Below the pieces are notes generated by a model. The model did no database searches, was not told the DNA's origin, and saw only the letters and a list, made by a program, of their open reading frames with translations. Shown piece after piece: positions 58,214-59,088 of a DNA stretch of 59,088 bases; within the stretch, counting starts at the first letter, position 1, and each line of letters opens with the position of its first letter. This DNA is from Elainellaceae cyanobacterium (lineage in GTDB: Bacteria > Cyanobacteriota > Cyanobacteriia > CAKZMO01), in NCBI GenBank assembly GCA_050331615.1, contig JBHJGR010000073.1, forward strand, positions 1-59,088, in the 5' to 3' direction. The translations under genes were made by a program, and so were the position numbers.

Positions 58214-59088
58214 CTATTTTCTGTCTCCTACCCTCCCTCTTCTTTCTTCTATTTTCTCTCTTCCCTTCTTCCCTCTGCCTTTTCTACCTCTAAGGACTTC
58301 GATGGCGCTGTCGAGGCCGGGGCGATCGCAGCCGAACATGGGGATGTCTTTGGCAATTTCGGCGGCGGTGGTGTTGGGCCAGCGCTCTTTGGGGATGGGG
58401 TTGAGCCAGGCGGCGTGGCGCACTCGCTGGTAGAGGAAGGTGAGGAATGCTTGGGTTTTCTCGATGCGGTAGGGGCTGTAGCCCTGGCGGACGGCTCCGG
58501 CGTCGCTGACGATCAGGGTGCTGAGCTGGCGCAGGGGCAGGTGCTCAAACACGTCTTCCAGGCGCTCTGCCTCCAGGCAAATGGCGTCTCGGTAGAGGTA
58601 GCCCATCGGGCAATTGTGGAAGTAGTACACATGGGTGGTGCCAAACCGTCCGCCCCGCTGGGCAGTGGCCACCAGGCGCTCGGTGAGCTTGTGGAAAGGG
58701 ATCATGGAGCCTTCCTGGTCTACCAGCAGCAGCAGGGCGGCGCGATTGGTGCGGGGCGGCACCAGCACGGGTTCCAAAAACAGCCCCTGCTGGCTGATGC
58801 GCTGGATGGTGGCGTCTACGTCGAGTTCGGTGGGCAGTCCTTCCCGCACCGGACGGGAGAGATAGCGCCAGCTCCGCTTCATCTGCCGCTGGGTGATGGG
58901 CAGGTAGTCGCTCGGCGGCAAAAGGCGCTGCTGCTGATGCTGCTTCGATCGCCGCTCGGCCTGGGCCGCCTCAATTTCATCGCTAATCGCCTGGGTCGCC
59001 GTGGAGAACTTATCGGGCGCAAGCTTCGTCGGGGGCGATCGCTTCAGCAACAGGCGGCTCACCCACCAGGCCAGCAGCAGACTAGAGG
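58214..59088 (-). CDS. CoxE-like VWA domain protein (5' end runs off the window)
   Basis: TELDVDATIQRI...RTNRAALLLLVDQEGSM...TLIVSDAGAVRQGY...HAAWLNPIPKERWP resembles VWA-containing CoxE-like proteins. The frame stays open upstream of GTG 59062 to the window edge. The C-terminal RGRKGRGKKGREKIEERRGRVGDRK is encoded by a polypyrimidine repeat tract. Confidence 0.6.
   Translation of the reverse strand, partial: SSLLLAWWVSRLLLKRSPPTKLAPDKFSTATQAISDEIEAAQAERRSKQHQQQRLLPPSDYLPITQRQMKRSWRYLSRPVREGLPTELDVDATIQRISQQGLFLEPVLVPPRTNRAALLLLVDQEGSMIPFHKLTERLVATAQRGGRFGTTHVYYFHNCPMGYLYRDAICLEAERLEDVFEHLPLRQLSTLIVSDAGAVRQGYSPYRIEKTQAFLTFLYQRVRHAAWLNPIPKERWPNTTAAEIAKDIPMFGCDRPGLDSAIEVLRGRKGRGKKGREKIEERRGRVGDRK

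Overview
This window is a chromosomal segment of a high-GC cyanobacterium. The HIP1 octamer GCGATCGC recurs every few hundred bp, and the gene content is typically cyanobacterial. I call about 50 protein genes, one tRNA-Thr(UGU), no rRNA and no CRISPR array.

Ordinary content:
- Folate and quinone genes: a pabB-pabC fusion and a chorismate lyase.
- A cluster of carbon-catabolic genes: phosphoketolase, enolase, pgi, D-lactate dehydrogenase and glycogen phosphorylase, with a 4-EF-hand calmodulin-like gene embedded among them.
- Housekeeping genes: tgt, cobS, lysS, and a NarL-type response regulator.
- The complete cyanobacterial atp1 operon: subunits I, a, c, b', b, delta, alpha and gamma.

Regions worth a second look:
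1. 548-4684: five translationally coupled genes. They encode a sigma-70-like HTH protein, a DUF1822 protein, a 97-aa protein, a 435-aa protein that looks like a degenerate P-loop plus wHTH, and an MscS channel. No function is known for this set.
2. 36.0-49.0 kb: an orphan Trypco2-like small protein, then a 2816-aa DUF4347/CshA-repeat/TSP3/RTX type I secreted adhesin, then an inverse-autotransporter-like outer membrane protein with a beta-helix passenger. The adhesin contains seven near-identical 318-bp tandem units and an in-frame 87-bp repeat insertion. The segment is bracketed by MITE-like repeats.
3. A partial CoxE-like VWA gene at the right edge.
4. At least four families of small dispersed palindromic or MITE-like repeats. 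They sit at gene ends, flank glgP and the tRNA, lie inside the atp operon, supply stop and possibly start codons, and create false N-terminal ORF extensions.

All functional calls come from reading motifs in the supplied translations. No database search was run.
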